Made by a program: the position numbers and the translations under genes | Shown here: positions 1-9,911 of the stretch, piece by piece | Layout of the letters: each line of letters starts with the position of its first letter | How positions within the stretch are numbered: the first letter of the stretch is position 1 | The notes under the pieces: model-generated | Database searches by the model: none | Told to the model about the DNA's origin: nothing | The model's input: only the letters and a program-made list of their open reading frames with translations | Virus record (IMG/VR): IMGVR_UViG_3300005663_000110 | Span: 1-39,898 of that record | Length of the DNA: 39,898 bases | From: a virus | Taxonomy: Duplodnaviria > Caudoviricetes | Reading direction: 5' to 3' (one strand)

Positions 1-111
1 ATAATCTGCCACTTCTTTCAACGCTGTCTGTATCCGGGTGTGCTCTGTAAGGTTCCCGTTATACTCGCGGCATACTGCACTGATAACTCCTAGTGCTTCG
101 TCAATCTTCAT
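1..111 (-). CDS. hypothetical late-operon protein, 3' truncated by window edge
   Basis: ATG at 111 with AGGAG RBS at about 120-124; open frame MKIDEALGVISAVCREYNG... runs off position 1. Confidence 0.6.
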   Translation of the reverse strand, partial: MKIDEALGVISAVCREYNGNLTEHTRIQTALKEVADY

Positions 112-134
112 CTGTCTGTCTCCTTATTAAAAAA

Positions 135-338
135 TTATTTACCTAATGCTTTTAGATTCTTGCTGACTTTAGCTACTAGCAATGCAGCAGCGGAAGCCTT
201 GGCTTGCTTCTCCAGTTCTTTAACTACCACTGCATGGAACTTGGGATCGGTCTCGATTTCCTGAACACGGATCATATCACGGGCACCCTGCTCTACATCC
301 CAGCGATCAAACCCACCTATCTTATCGGTATGTGGCAT
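135..338 (-). CDS. small hypothetical phage protein (late operon)
   Basis: 67 aa ORF co-oriented with head genes; GGGGG RBS-like run upstream. Confidence 0.7.
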   Translation of the reverse strand: MPHTDKIGGFDRWDVEQGARDMIRVQEIETDPKFHAVVVKELEKQAKASAAALLVAKVSKNLKALGK

Positions 339-354
339 AGTAGCCCCCGTAAAT

Positions 355-407
355 TAACTGGTCTTACCCCCGAAGTTTAAGGAGACTCAGGGGGCAGGGG
401 CCAGTTA
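355..407 (-). other. long imperfect intergenic hairpin
   Basis: TAACTGG...CCAGTTA outer arms and CCCCC/GGGGG inner arms between two late genes. Confidence 0.55.
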
Positions 408-415
408 TAGTTAAA

Positions 416-1681
416 TTAAGCAAGCTGTGCTACGCGAATCCAGTCTACTGAAAGACTAAAATCAGTTGCATCGCCAGCCTTCAGAGCTATCACAGGATTG
501 AATACCTTAGCTGTTGGGAAATCAGCGGCGGCAATGTCCGCAGCGGAGATCGCCGTACCAAGTGCAACGCCATCTGCATAACCCTGAATGGTTGTACCAT
601 TAAAGTACATGCCAAGAGTATTATACGTAGCGGCTACAGGTACCACGTAATCAGGATCGTGCTCATTCTGAGTCTGACCGGTCTCGTCATAAACGAAATC
701 AATGACATCACCATCAGCTTCTTTTCGCTGGAAGCCGAGAGAACCTTCTGCCTGGAGGGTTGCACCGTCAGCTATTAGATCGCCAGCAAGTGCTGATGCC
801 AGCATGAGCCCAACGAAGTTATTATTCGTAGTATCATCTACATTAAGTGGGGCCACTCTGATCTCGAACGCCCACTTTTTACCACCGGATACAGTGATAG
901 GACATGGGAACATACACTCAGCACCCTGGTCATTAGTAGTTGTGAAGAATATCAACTCACCTATCGCGGATACACCTAATTTCATCTGCTCGGTAAGAGT
1001 TTTACCGGCAGCAGATGCGGCGTATGTTGCATCAATGAAGTTGTTGGCTGGGAACTCATTACCACGTTTGAAATCTGCTTCAAGTAGCGACCCGGCAAAC
1101 GGATTTCTGCGAAGCTCTGCAAGAGGGAAGTTATCCCATATCGCGGCGGTAGGCAACGCTGTTACAGCCCTTGAATTAGCTGATACGATCTCAGCATTAA
1201 GTTCGGCGGGTCCGGTAAACGTAGCCTGAATTGACCCATTAGTGCTGGATCGGTCTATAGTCTGGATAGCTGTACCGATTCGTACAGAACCACTGGACTG
1301 GGCGATAAAGCTGCCAGCTACCAGATACAGCGGTGTAACATTGATCGTGGCGTTGGCACTGGAAAATACGTTTATGGCCTGACCTCTACGTGTTGGGACA
1401 TAAATCTCGATTGAACGAGGACCAGTTACGCCACCGAAATCTTCAGTTACAGTACCAGCGTAGTTTTTGAGATTCGCAGCCGTTGGCTTTTCTACACGTA
1501 CTGCACGTTCACCGTACTCATCAGCCGCTGTCTTGGCGATTATATTCTGATTGGTGTCAGCGGCTCGTACAGCGTCTACGTTATAGCATAGCTGATAGCC
1601 GGCTTTTAGTTCATCAGTTCCTTCAAAGAACACTCGCTTTGTATTAGTTTTTTCACTTTGTTTTGTTACTTGACTGCCCAT
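416..1681 (-). CDS. putative capsid decoration/minor head protein with C-terminal beta-sandwich (ConA/LamG-like) domain
   Basis: 421 aa, directly downstream of MCP, AGGAG RBS; Ala/Thr/Gly-rich; C-terminal 'LGMYFNGTTIQGYADG...LSVDWIRVAQ' pattern resembles ConA-like folds. Confidence 0.6.
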   Translation of the reverse strand: MGSQVTKQSEKTNTKRVFFEGTDELKAGYQLCYNVDAVRAADTNQNIIAKTAADEYGERAVRVEKPTAANLKNYAGTVTEDFGGVTGPRSIEIYVPTRRGQAINVFSSANATINVTPLYLVAGSFIAQSSGSVRIGTAIQTIDRSSTNGSIQATFTGPAELNAEIVSANSRAVTALPTAAIWDNFPLAELRRNPFAGSLLEADFKRGNEFPANNFIDATYAASAAGKTLTEQMKLGVSAIGELIFFTTTNDQGAECMFPCPITVSGGKKWAFEIRVAPLNVDDTTNNNFVGLMLASALAGDLIADGATLQAEGSLGFQRKEADGDVIDFVYDETGQTQNEHDPDYVVPVAATYNTLGMYFNGTTIQGYADGVALGTAISAADIAAADFPTAKVFNPVIALKAGDATDFSLSVDWIRVAQLA

Positions 1682-1724
1682 TTTGTTTCTCCTAGAGGGG
1701 GTAGACCCCTGAATAGTAGATTAA

Positions 1725-1749
1725 GGGACGACCCACAATGGATCGTCCC
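1725..1749 (-). terminator. putative (leaky) intrinsic terminator after the major capsid gene
   Basis: minus-strand GGGACGATCCA-TTG-TGGGTCGTCCC 11-bp stem followed only by TTAATCT; second hairpin AGGGG/CCCCT at 1696-1710. Confidence 0.6.
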
Positions 1750-1761
1750 CGGATACTCTTA

Positions 1762-2853
1762 TTAAGACGTATGTGCTTTATGCAATACAAAACCGCATGT
1801 ACGCCTGTTTAAACACAGGTTGTTATGTGATCCATCAAGGAACACTGTGAACGTTGTATGCTGTCCACGGTCCGTCATAGCTTCGCCCTCTTCCATCCAG
1901 TAACCTTCGTGAGTTACAGGTATGAACTTAGCGAAGTCAACAAAGTATAGTGGATCATTGTCAGCGTTCTCAAGCTGTGGTACAAAAATTACTGGTGCTC
2001 TGTTAAGGAACACTAAAGCGGCATCCACGGTAAGCATACCCATGGCCTCTTTACCCTTATGGTTATCGTCCTTCTGATCGGCGAGGTCCATCAAATCTGC
2101 TGCTACATTTGAGCTCGTATACCATCTTTTCTGTGCGGTCCTGGTATTAGCTGGGTCGTTTATGATGATCGGTGGTTTAAAATTAGTCAACATCGCCGCG
2201 ATACGTGCCTGTTTTAGCATGGCGTTGTCGATCTTGGTATACGCAGCAGCATAGTTACGCCACTTAGCTTCAGTAGCTGCATCAACACCAGCAGCGACAG
2301 TAGCTGTGGTACCATCTTGGAATACGATAGTCGTACCAGCAAAACCGCTAACTGTGCCAGCATCTGTTTGGGTCTTAGTAAGCTGCGTAATGTAATATGG
2401 AACACCAAACGGATTGAGATCATCGGCAGCCTTGTTAGGTGTCTTCCATGCACGGCTCTCGATCAAGTTAGCCAAAGAGTTCAAGCCGTCTACTCTACGA
2501 GATTGAAGCAAGTCAATGAAGCCCTTAGCGTTGCCCTTGTTACGCAGAATTTCCTGTTTATCCCACGAGTAGTTAGTGCCGATACTGGTCCAGGGAACCG
2601 TGATCGTGCTCATCTGGTTGCCTACACTTGGTTCATCCGTATCGAACAGTCTACGGTAGCGTGCATTTCCTGTTTCATCGAACATGATCTTACGCTCGAT
2701 CTGGGTACCGCCGTCTATCTTCATGCTCTCGTTATTATAGATACGAGTGAACTCAAAGTCCTGGTTATCCCACCCCACTTCAAACTCCTGATTCGGTAGA
2801 TCAGGTAATGTGGTGTCAATTAAAAGTTGTAACTCGGAATTTTTAACTCCCAT
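1762..2853 (-). CDS. major capsid protein (HK97-like fold expected)
   Basis: 363 aa; order portal-scaffold-MCP; 'DGGTQIERKI', 'PFGVPYY', 'WRNY' segments resemble podovirus-type MCPs. Confidence 0.8.
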   Translation of the reverse strand: MGVKNSELQLLIDTTLPDLPNQEFEVGWDNQDFEFTRIYNNESMKIDGGTQIERKIMFDETGNARYRRLFDTDEPSVGNQMSTITVPWTSIGTNYSWDKQEILRNKGNAKGFIDLLQSRRVDGLNSLANLIESRAWKTPNKAADDLNPFGVPYYITQLTKTQTDAGTVSGFAGTTIVFQDGTTATVAAGVDAATEAKWRNYAAAYTKIDNAMLKQARIAAMLTNFKPPIIINDPANTRTAQKRWYTSSNVAADLMDLADQKDDNHKGKEAMGMLTVDAALVFLNRAPVIFVPQLENADNDPLYFVDFAKFIPVTHEGYWMEEGEAMTDRGQHTTFTVFLDGSHNNLCLNRRTCGFVLHKAHTS

Positions 2854-2886
2854 TTAATTTCCTCTTTCTTACTTGTAAAACTCAGG

Positions 2887-3975
2887 TTACTTGAATATCT
2901 TGTCAAGACGCTCTTGTGCTCTGCTTTCTATTTTAGCCTGAGTCTTTGGTTTGTCATCTTGTTCATCTTGTTTTCTAGCTTGTGAATCAGGCTTGAATGT
3001 TATGCCGGCCTCCCTCTTTTTCAGAGTGGCCTTTATACCAATCTCTACAGCCTTTTTCAAAAACTCACTTGACACAATCGAATGTGCAGCTTCCATAGCT
3101 TCAGCATTCGTTATGTCGTCACCTTGAAGAGCTTTACCAGCGGCGATCTGATCTGCTACTACCATGACTTTAGACCTGTTATCGAACTGGCCCCCAGTCA
3201 GGCTGTCCCAGTTGTTACCCTCGGACTTGCCGTAGAACTCTTCATAAAACTTGGTCTGGTCTGATGAGAAGAACCCTGAAATTTCAGATACCAAGGCTTC
3301 CTGTTCAGCTTTGCTAACTGGTGGTGCTTCACTCGCCTTCAGCTTTAACTCGGACAACTCTATTTTTAGGTCCTCGTTAGCCTGGGCTATGCTCTTGATT
3401 GTATCTACAATGGGGTCGTCCTTGTAGGCTTCTTCAAGCTTGCTAAAGTCCACTGTTGGTTTGTTATCAACAGGTTTCTCTTCAGACTTTACAGCAGGTG
3501 CCGGCTTATCCATAGATTTACGTCCAATCTCAGCGAACTTAACGTTGAGACTGTTAGTAGAGTCATGGATTCTACCAAGCGTTTTGAGCGTGAGCTCCGG
3601 GTTAGCTTTGAACTGTTCAGCTATATCCTTTTCAGTCCAACCTTGATTGATGGCAGTTCGGCGGTAGGCTTCGGGTACTATTACTTCAGTATCCTTTTCC
3701 TCAGCATCCTCTTTGTCATCAGTTTTATCAGGTTCTGGTTCAGCATCTACATCAGTGTCCTCTGCTGCTGGAGTCTCCGGGGGAGTATCAGTATCTTCCG
3801 ATGCTGCCGGTTCATCCAGGGTAGGAGAGGGATCATCACCTAATGCGTCTAGCCGATCCTCGACCTTCTTTAATAGTTCATCTTCACTTTTCACTGTTTC
3901 TTCTGCGGCTGCGGCTCTGGCTGCGGCTGTGGGTGATTCTACATCAGTGGCAATTTCGTCTGCTGTCTTTGGCAT
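2887..3975 (-). CDS. putative capsid scaffolding protein
   Basis: 362 aa, very acidic Pro/Asp/Glu-rich N-terminus, helical/coiled-coil remainder, immediately upstream of MCP; AGGAG RBS. Confidence 0.7.
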   Translation of the reverse strand: MPKTADEIATDVESPTAAARAAAAEETVKSEDELLKKVEDRLDALGDDPSPTLDEPAASEDTDTPPETPAAEDTDVDAEPEPDKTDDKEDAEEKDTEVIVPEAYRRTAINQGWTEKDIAEQFKANPELTLKTLGRIHDSTNSLNVKFAEIGRKSMDKPAPAVKSEEKPVDNKPTVDFSKLEEAYKDDPIVDTIKSIAQANEDLKIELSELKLKASEAPPVSKAEQEALVSEISGFFSSDQTKFYEEFYGKSEGNNWDSLTGGQFDNRSKVMVVADQIAAGKALQGDDITNAEAMEAAHSIVSSEFLKKAVEIGIKATLKKREAGITFKPDSQARKQDEQDDKPKTQAKIESRAQERLDKIFK

Positions 3976-4012
3976 TTCGGTCTCCTTTTAAAAACTCTGA
4001 TTCACGTCGTAC

Positions 4013-4041
4013 ATTATACCATAATACTACACGAAAGTCAA
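4013..4041 (-). promoter_or_regulatory. sigma70-type promoter for scaffold/capsid genes
   Basis: TTGACT (4041-4036), 17 nt spacer, TATAAT (4018-4013) with extended TG. Confidence 0.8.
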
Positions 4042-4412
4042 GTACTTTTTATAATTTTACCTCTCCTTTTTTTCCTCTGCGTACATTTTACAAACCCAGT
4101 TTTCTCCAGATAATCATCGTGTTGCTTGAAGTTATCAAACTGAGGTCGCCCATCTTTATGTACCTTTATATCAGGGAACAGCTTATTATGCTCAGCAATC
4201 TGACTCGGGTGCATAGCAAGGCTATCAGAGATCAGGGGTTTACCATATCTATCACCTGATGAATATTTAGCCTCGGCTGCTAAATTTCTATCCAGGATAG
4301 CCTTGCATCCGCCGAATCCATTGCATCTTTCCAATTTATCATACTCAGACATGGGTTTAACAATATTCCGATGCAATCCGCACTCTGGGCATACGTAACA
4401 ATACTCTGGCAT
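4038..4412 (-). CDS. FmdB-like zinc-ribbon protein
   Basis: true start most likely ATG 4412 (AGGAG RBS), MPEYCYVCPECG...ERCNGFGGC; the longer ORF-track version overlaps the portal. Confidence 0.75.
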   Translation of the reverse strand: MPEYCYVCPECGLHRNIVKPMSEYDKLERCNGFGGCKAILDRNLAAEAKYSSGDRYGKPLISDSLAMHPSQIAEHNKLFPDIKVHKDGRPQFDNFKQHDDYLEKTGFVKCTQRKKRRGKIIKST

Positions 4413-4422
4413 ATTTATCTCC

Positions 4423-6219
4423 TTAAACTGCTCTCGCTGATTGTGACTGAGCCGCCACTGCCTGGCGATCAGAGTTTCTATCCTGTACCGGGGTGGTAGT
4501 TTTAGGGCCACCTGGGAACTCACCATTCTGCTGCACGCCGGCTGCTTTGCCCTTACCCTGGTTCTGCGGACCAAGCATTACCTGAAGTTTCAATCGCTGC
4601 TGAAATTCAGGATCATCAAACATCGTTCTGATCCAATCACCAATGTCCATCTCTTCAGCCAGTCGTGTCAGATAATCCTGGACATTAAACGGTACACCAA
4701 GCTGTAACATCGACTGTGCAGCTATGGAAACTTGCGGTAAAATCTTCGTTGTGAACTCGATAACACGTCTTGCTCTAATATTCGGATCGAGCCTACGCAT
4801 GGACTTCTGTACCAGTTTGAAACTATACTCTAGGAAATCACCCCTACGCTGTTCTGGTGTAAGAAATACCTGAACATCCTTTGCACCCGTTGGCCTATGG
4901 ATAAGTGGCAGATTGATAAGCGGATCAGTATGCAGATACCAGGCGATTTTCTTGCTCACACCACTGGTGGTGTCATAGACCATATCAATAACATCGTTCA
5001 TACTCACACCAGCATTGGCCTGGAGTATTTCTGCCTGAGTAGCAGTCTCTGCATCCGAACTTACACCGGCAAGCTGATCCGGGTTTCCCGCCATAAAGTT
5101 GAACCATACCTGTAATTGATTGGTCCACTGTATATTTTCGTTCCTTATACCACCATTGGATTTTACTTCTATGCCCTTCGGATCAGTCGATGCTATCATA
5201 TCCCCATCGACGGCATCTTTGAAATCCTGGGCCTCGTCAGCATTTGCAGGGTTATAAAATGTTACATCCTTCTGTCTGTCACCCTGTTCAGAGTTCTTTA
5301 CAAACATCCTGTTAGCCATTCTATGAAGATCGAATATTATACTAACCGGTGCCACTGGCAGTGGATTATTCGGGACTGGCTGCGTAAGGGACAGGAAATC
5401 ATAAGGTCCCATATCCGGTCCGCCGTATTCAATATTCGCCAAAAACTTGGTGGATTTCTGCACAAACGGATCAGGCATCGTTATGATACTATTGGTGGGC
5501 TTAAACCATATCTGCACAACATCGACGTAATCGAATATATCGTGCATTACATTACCACTAAGGTGCTTTTTAGTCATATTCTCGACTCTCGCACCAGGCC
5601 CGGCGTTAGTAGAATCAGTGGTATTACTCACGGACTTAGGAAGCTTCATAACGAGATCATGGTCGTAGGAGTCACTATCCAGCAGGACCTGTCGCGGGAC
5701 CCGTGATTTATCGCCGAGGAACGTGGACATATCAAAGCTCACAGCCAGCGGATCGAATGTGAAATTATCCAGGTCGACATGCTCAGAATATATCTGCCCA
5801 GGGTCGATGTCTACATCCTGGAATGAAAAACACTGCCCGGTGCTGCACATCCCCGTTTTCATTATACCGAACGCGAACATAGCATCTACGATCAGAGTAC
5901 GCAATTCCTTGTGAATCTTGATATCACGCTGAACGGAATCCACGCCAAGACTGAGTAATTCGGCGTAATCAGCATTCTGAACGTTATCAGTGGTGATCCT
6001 GTTGGTAGGGGATCGCATGATAATCTGGGGAACGATGGCCCGTATCGCGTTGAATATGAGATTAATGGGCTCTTCACCCATGATTCCGTGGTTATTACGG
6101 TAATACTGGCCCACGTATTCCCTGATGAACAGTGCCCGGGCACGCCGATATGTGCGTAATCGCAAGAATCCCTGGCGTACTGCTTCCTGTAGCTTATCCG
6201 GGCTTATGTTTAGTGCCAT
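4423..6219 (-). CDS. portal protein
   Basis: 598 aa between TerL and scaffold; 'ETATQAEILQANA' matches the TATE-like segment of P22-type portals; Gln-rich tail. Confidence 0.8.
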   Translation of the reverse strand: MALNISPDKLQEAVRQGFLRLRTYRRARALFIREYVGQYYRNNHGIMGEEPINLIFNAIRAIVPQIIMRSPTNRITTDNVQNADYAELLSLGVDSVQRDIKIHKELRTLIVDAMFAFGIMKTGMCSTGQCFSFQDVDIDPGQIYSEHVDLDNFTFDPLAVSFDMSTFLGDKSRVPRQVLLDSDSYDHDLVMKLPKSVSNTTDSTNAGPGARVENMTKKHLSGNVMHDIFDYVDVVQIWFKPTNSIITMPDPFVQKSTKFLANIEYGGPDMGPYDFLSLTQPVPNNPLPVAPVSIIFDLHRMANRMFVKNSEQGDRQKDVTFYNPANADEAQDFKDAVDGDMIASTDPKGIEVKSNGGIRNENIQWTNQLQVWFNFMAGNPDQLAGVSSDAETATQAEILQANAGVSMNDVIDMVYDTTSGVSKKIAWYLHTDPLINLPLIHRPTGAKDVQVFLTPEQRRGDFLEYSFKLVQKSMRRLDPNIRARRVIEFTTKILPQVSIAAQSMLQLGVPFNVQDYLTRLAEEMDIGDWIRTMFDDPEFQQRLKLQVMLGPQNQGKGKAAGVQQNGEFPGGPKTTTPVQDRNSDRQAVAAQSQSARAV

Positions 6220-6249
6220 ATTCTACTCCGTAATATTAAATTCTGGTAT

Positions 6250-6462
6250 TCACGCTATTTTTCGCCAGCATGTTTTATCCGGGCCCTCATATTCGTTCCC
6301 AGCCACACACCCAACCATTTCCTTGCCTTCTGTTTCAACAGGAAACTTCTTTTTGATTATGTCTTCGATCTCAGTGTATAATTGAAACTCCCTACGCTCC
6401 GAAAAATCAAGTGTCAATATCGTGTCTGTCTCTTTAATTGTTTGTCTGAAATCTCTTGCCAT
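6250..6462 (-). CDS. small hypothetical protein between TerL and portal
   Basis: 70 aa with AGGAG RBS. Confidence 0.65.
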   Translation of the reverse strand: MARDFRQTIKETDTILTLDFSERREFQLYTEIEDIIKKKFPVETEGKEMVGCVAGNEYEGPDKTCWRKIA

Positions 6463-6473
6463 CTCAGTTCTCC

Positions 6474-8401
6474 TTAAACAAAACTATACGATTTTCTAAA
6501 CGAGCTCTTGCTTTTCTTCTTATCTTTATCTCGTCGCTTTTTGCGACCACCTGCGGAGTTCTCCGGACAAGCCGGCTTATCGTGTTTCACACGCATCGTA
6601 CCCTTTATACCTTCAAGACTTAAAGCATCAGCGATAACCCTATCACCGTGAGTCTTTTTAGCTACAGAGATTCCTCGTACAATGCTGCCGGACCCATGCC
6701 GCCGTCCTTATAATTTATGTAATATGTCGCTTCTGTAAGGGCTATTTCACTGTGGTTTATATACCCACCCTGTGACAAGATGGTGTTATACTGGCCAAGT
6801 AATAGAGGTTTAGTGCTGGAATTAGAGTGCCACCCGGGTTTCCTGGTCTTTTTAGCTACGACAGTTTTCTCATCCACATGCCTGTAATAATATGGATACC
6901 TCAGATTAGTTACGATCTCGCGGCTGAAGTTCAAACCCGGATCGCCATTCATCTCCCAGATAACAAATGGTATACGCTTAGGACAGGCCCCGCCTACCCA
7001 TAGTGCGATAGCGACGGCGATCCTCGCGGCCTCGTGCGGCGGCGTGTTCGCGTCGGCCCATTCTCCTACCTTCTCCCCGGTTTCGTTGCATAAGATCGAG
7101 AATACGGTGTTGGACGCTCCCTGGCCCTTTGAGATGTCAATGCCTATCGTATAATGCTTGGTCTGGTCGAGCCGGCCATTTATCAGGTTTACCCAAAGTA
7201 ACAGGGGGCCACCCACGGTACGGTGGGTTTTTATCTTGGACAGCCTACGTGATCGGATTATCTCCGGTATCTGAGCATTTGGTATCATACGATCAAATGC
7301 TACTTTCATCTTTATCTTAGGGGGCCTGGCGAACAAAGCTTTGTGATTCTCCACGATACGAACATCAAATACAGTCGATCCTGATTCAATATCGTTCATG
7401 TCGATCTCCTGAGCCATCTCTTTGGGAGATCGCCGCTTCTGCTCATTCTCGTACCACGGAGATGTTATGCTATACTCACCGGTTATATCGTTCTGAATTA
7501 CTCGCCGTCCCACACCCTTCTCCGGATGTTCATACCATGGGAGCCTGATAACTTTGATCTGGCCACTAGCCAGCCACCTGCTGTATTCGGTACCCGCACC
7601 ACATGGAGTAGAATTAACTATACGACAGGGGGTTACGTCGGCTGTTGCTGATCGTATAGCCTGGCCATTATCGACCTTTGCAAACTCATCCAACAATACA
7701 GCTTTACGCCTATCGCCTGATGCTGCGTTCGCTGTGGTGGCCTCGCCATCAATTACGCTCTTGTTAAGGGCATTTTTCATGTGCATCTTCTTGCGATGCT
7801 TCTCGCCTGGTCTGCATCCAGGGGGTACCATCCAGTCGGGTAGCCATTCATTGATGTAGTCATGTTTCTGGAACAGGGCCTTCATATTACCACGTAAATC
7901 AACATAATCTTCCACGCGAGATAGCTCAAGCAGCATAGTATCAGGGTAGAATAGCCATTGATGGTGGAAAGTACCAAGGTCGATCCATGATGCACCCATA
8001 TCACGACTCTTCTTAAACCCTAGATCGTAACCTGAATTTATGGCATCCTCTATATTTAGGATGGACCCATCTTGAACTTCCCAGGTAATAAATGGCATGT
8101 TAGGCATCTTAGCCGGAACTGGAGAATTGGTAATCGGGTCCACATCGAACTGTCTAAACGTCCATACGAACGCATTAAACCAGAAAAGTATAGACGCAGA
8201 ACACGCAGCCATCAGATCATTCTGTAGGATCGGGTCCTTCTCTGCTCGCTTTATGAGGTTTATACGCCATTCCAGATTTTCATCCAAACATTTAGGAACT
8301 TTCAGGCCAGTAACCGGATCGGTCCATATCTTTGGAACATCAGGGAATGGTTCACTCAGCGTCGGACGTAGCTGACTCAATTCGCTTTTTTGCTGCATCA
8401 C
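6474..8401 (-). CDS. terL: terminase large subunit, with C-terminal 62 aa in the -1 frame
   Basis: Walker A-like KSRDMGAS, Walker B VLLDEFA, NSTP coupling motif, RNaseH-like IGIDIS; frame stops at TAG 6662-6664 but the -1 frame continues AKKTHGDRVIADAL...SYSFV to TAA 6474. Confidence 0.9.
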
Positions 8402-8768
8402 TCATCTTCTCTGATAGTGGTCGTTCTTTATTATCTTTGTCTGCCGTGTTTACTCTGCCTTCTAATCGGTCGAATAACATGCTGATCGCCCATCGTTCCG
8501 GTTTGTATTCTACTTTCTTGTTCGTATCCTTGTCTACCTTCGTATATCCAAGAGCCTTGTCCCACACCATTGCGGCCAGAACCTGCTGTTTCGTTAGGGG
8601 GTTGCCCTCGTCATCGACAGAATGTGCCAGATGTGCCAGCCGTTTTAGCTCTGTGGTCAGGAGTTTCCCGGTTATTTCACCCTTACGGCTATTTTCCGGC
8701 TTATTCTCGGGCTTATCCGGTTTCTTACGCTTCGGTGGGACTCTAGGGGGTTTTTTATCAGGCATCAA
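8352..8768 (-). CDS. putative terminase small subunit
   Basis: 138 aa, overlaps TerL start, basic N-terminus, 'AISMLFDRLEGR' resembles a pattern common in TerS-like proteins. Confidence 0.6.
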   Translation of the reverse strand: MMPDKKPPRVPPKRKKPDKPENKPENSRKGEITGKLLTTELKRLAHLAHSVDDEGNPLTKQQVLAAMVWDKALGYTKVDKDTNKKVEYKPERWAISMLFDRLEGRVNTADKDNKERPLSEKMSDAAKKRIESATSDAE

Positions 8769-9292
8769 ATATCCACCCGGGCAACATCCACGCTGAACGA
8801 CGAACTATTCAGGGTCGAGGCACAGATCAGGATTCTATCATATCCGCCGAGTTTCAGGATATACGATCCGATCCCATTTGCTGCATCGGAATTAGCTTTT
8901 CCTGCTTCTACGCCTAATCCGGTGGTCTCAGTTACGGTATCAACAAACAAATCCGTGGCCGAGGATTTCTGACCGGTGCCCACTACGGTCCCCAAAACTG
9001 CGAGTTTGCGGTAAAAACCACCGAAATTAGACCTATCCTTATCATCGCCGGTACGTATACCATAGATCAGGGGTACATCAGCGTCACCGTCCAGTGCTCC
9101 ACGGAACCTGAGTTCGATTGCCGGAGTTCCCTTATCCACGTCAAATACCATAATACCCGTGGCGGTCAGAGCTTCAGCTACTGCCTGTGCCAGGGTCGTG
9201 GTACCCAGTGCTGCCTGAGATGTGGTAAGCGTCCCTTTTTCCTCAAATTTATACGATAATACTTCTCTGCGAGTGTATACTGCTGACGACAT
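8765..9292 (-). CDS. hypothetical protein, beta-rich, possibly virion-associated
   Basis: 175 aa, Thr/Gly/Ala-rich, coupled to the TerS gene. Confidence 0.6.
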   Translation of the reverse strand: MSSAVYTRREVLSYKFEEKGTLTTSQAALGTTTLAQAVAEALTATGIMVFDVDKGTPAIELRFRGALDGDADVPLIYGIRTGDDKDRSNFGGFYRKLAVLGTVVGTGQKSSATDLFVDTVTETTGLGVEAGKANSDAANGIGSYILKLGGYDRILICASTLNSSSFSVDVARVDI

Positions 9293-9293
9293 G

Positions 9294-9704
9294 TTATTTC
9301 TCCCGTGCTTGCTTAATGCGATTTTCTTTACAATATAACCGATATATCATCGGTGAGATTACTCGTACAAGTGACTCATCTTCTGCATCTACACCGCGAG
9401 CCTCGATCATTATGTGGCATAATTCATGAATCAGGCATTCAATCGGATTACGATTACTCTCTGCCATTCGTGCCAGGGGCACCCAGATTACCGCTTTTAG
9501 CGTATCGGTGGAATATTCTACTCTGGCGTGAGCATCTTCCCCGTTATCGTCTCCATCCAACTTTACTTCAGGTGGTGCTGCTATCGAAGTATCCAGCTTT
9601 ATCAGCCAGTCTCGCAGTTGCATCTGATTCTGGCACCAGCGTATACAAGCCGTGAGTTGTTCCATCGTGGCTGGCTGGTACTTATATTCGATCATCGCCA
9701 TCAA
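9294..9704 (-). CDS. putative zincin-type metallopeptidase
   Basis: HExxH motif 'LIHELCH' followed by acidic 'EDE' in a 136 aa protein. Confidence 0.65.
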   Translation of the reverse strand: MMAMIEYKYQPATMEQLTACIRWCQNQMQLRDWLIKLDTSIAAPPEVKLDGDDNGEDAHARVEYSTDTLKAVIWVPLARMAESNRNPIECLIHELCHIMIEARGVDAEDESLVRVISPMIYRLYCKENRIKQAREK

Positions 9705-9860
9705 TCAGCCTTCCTTAACATTCTTCGTGCCAGTTATAATCCCTCGGTGCCCCGTTATCCGGCAGCATCATCTCCAGCCATAGCCACCATAGCTGGTTCG
9801 TTTCATACAGCATTATCTGTACCCCGTCACGTGTCATTCGGGCCTCACTTCGCAGATTGT

Positions 9861-9889
9861 ATTATACCATAAACAAGGAGCAAAGTCAA
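9861..9889 (-). promoter_or_regulatory. sigma70-type promoter heading the packaging operon
   Basis: TTGACT (9889-9884), 17 nt spacer, TATAAT (9866-9861) with extended TG. Confidence 0.8.
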
Positions 9890-9911
9890 GGGGTTTCTCA
9901 GATTTATTCAC

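Noticed and set aside
4413-4574. N-terminal extension of the 178-aa ORF
   Set aside because: Overlaps the portal 3' end. The RBS and MPxY.Y.C motif place the start at 4412.
6620-6664. Amber read-through or TAG recoding to rescue TerL
   Set aside because: Reading through TAG gives LKRLTVIGLSLML-stop with no motif. The HGDRVIADAL motif is in the -1 frame, and other genes end normally at TAG.
702-9872. Plus-strand ORFs opposite the head and packaging genes
   Set aside because: Antisense shadows of long coding frames, without RBS or motifs.
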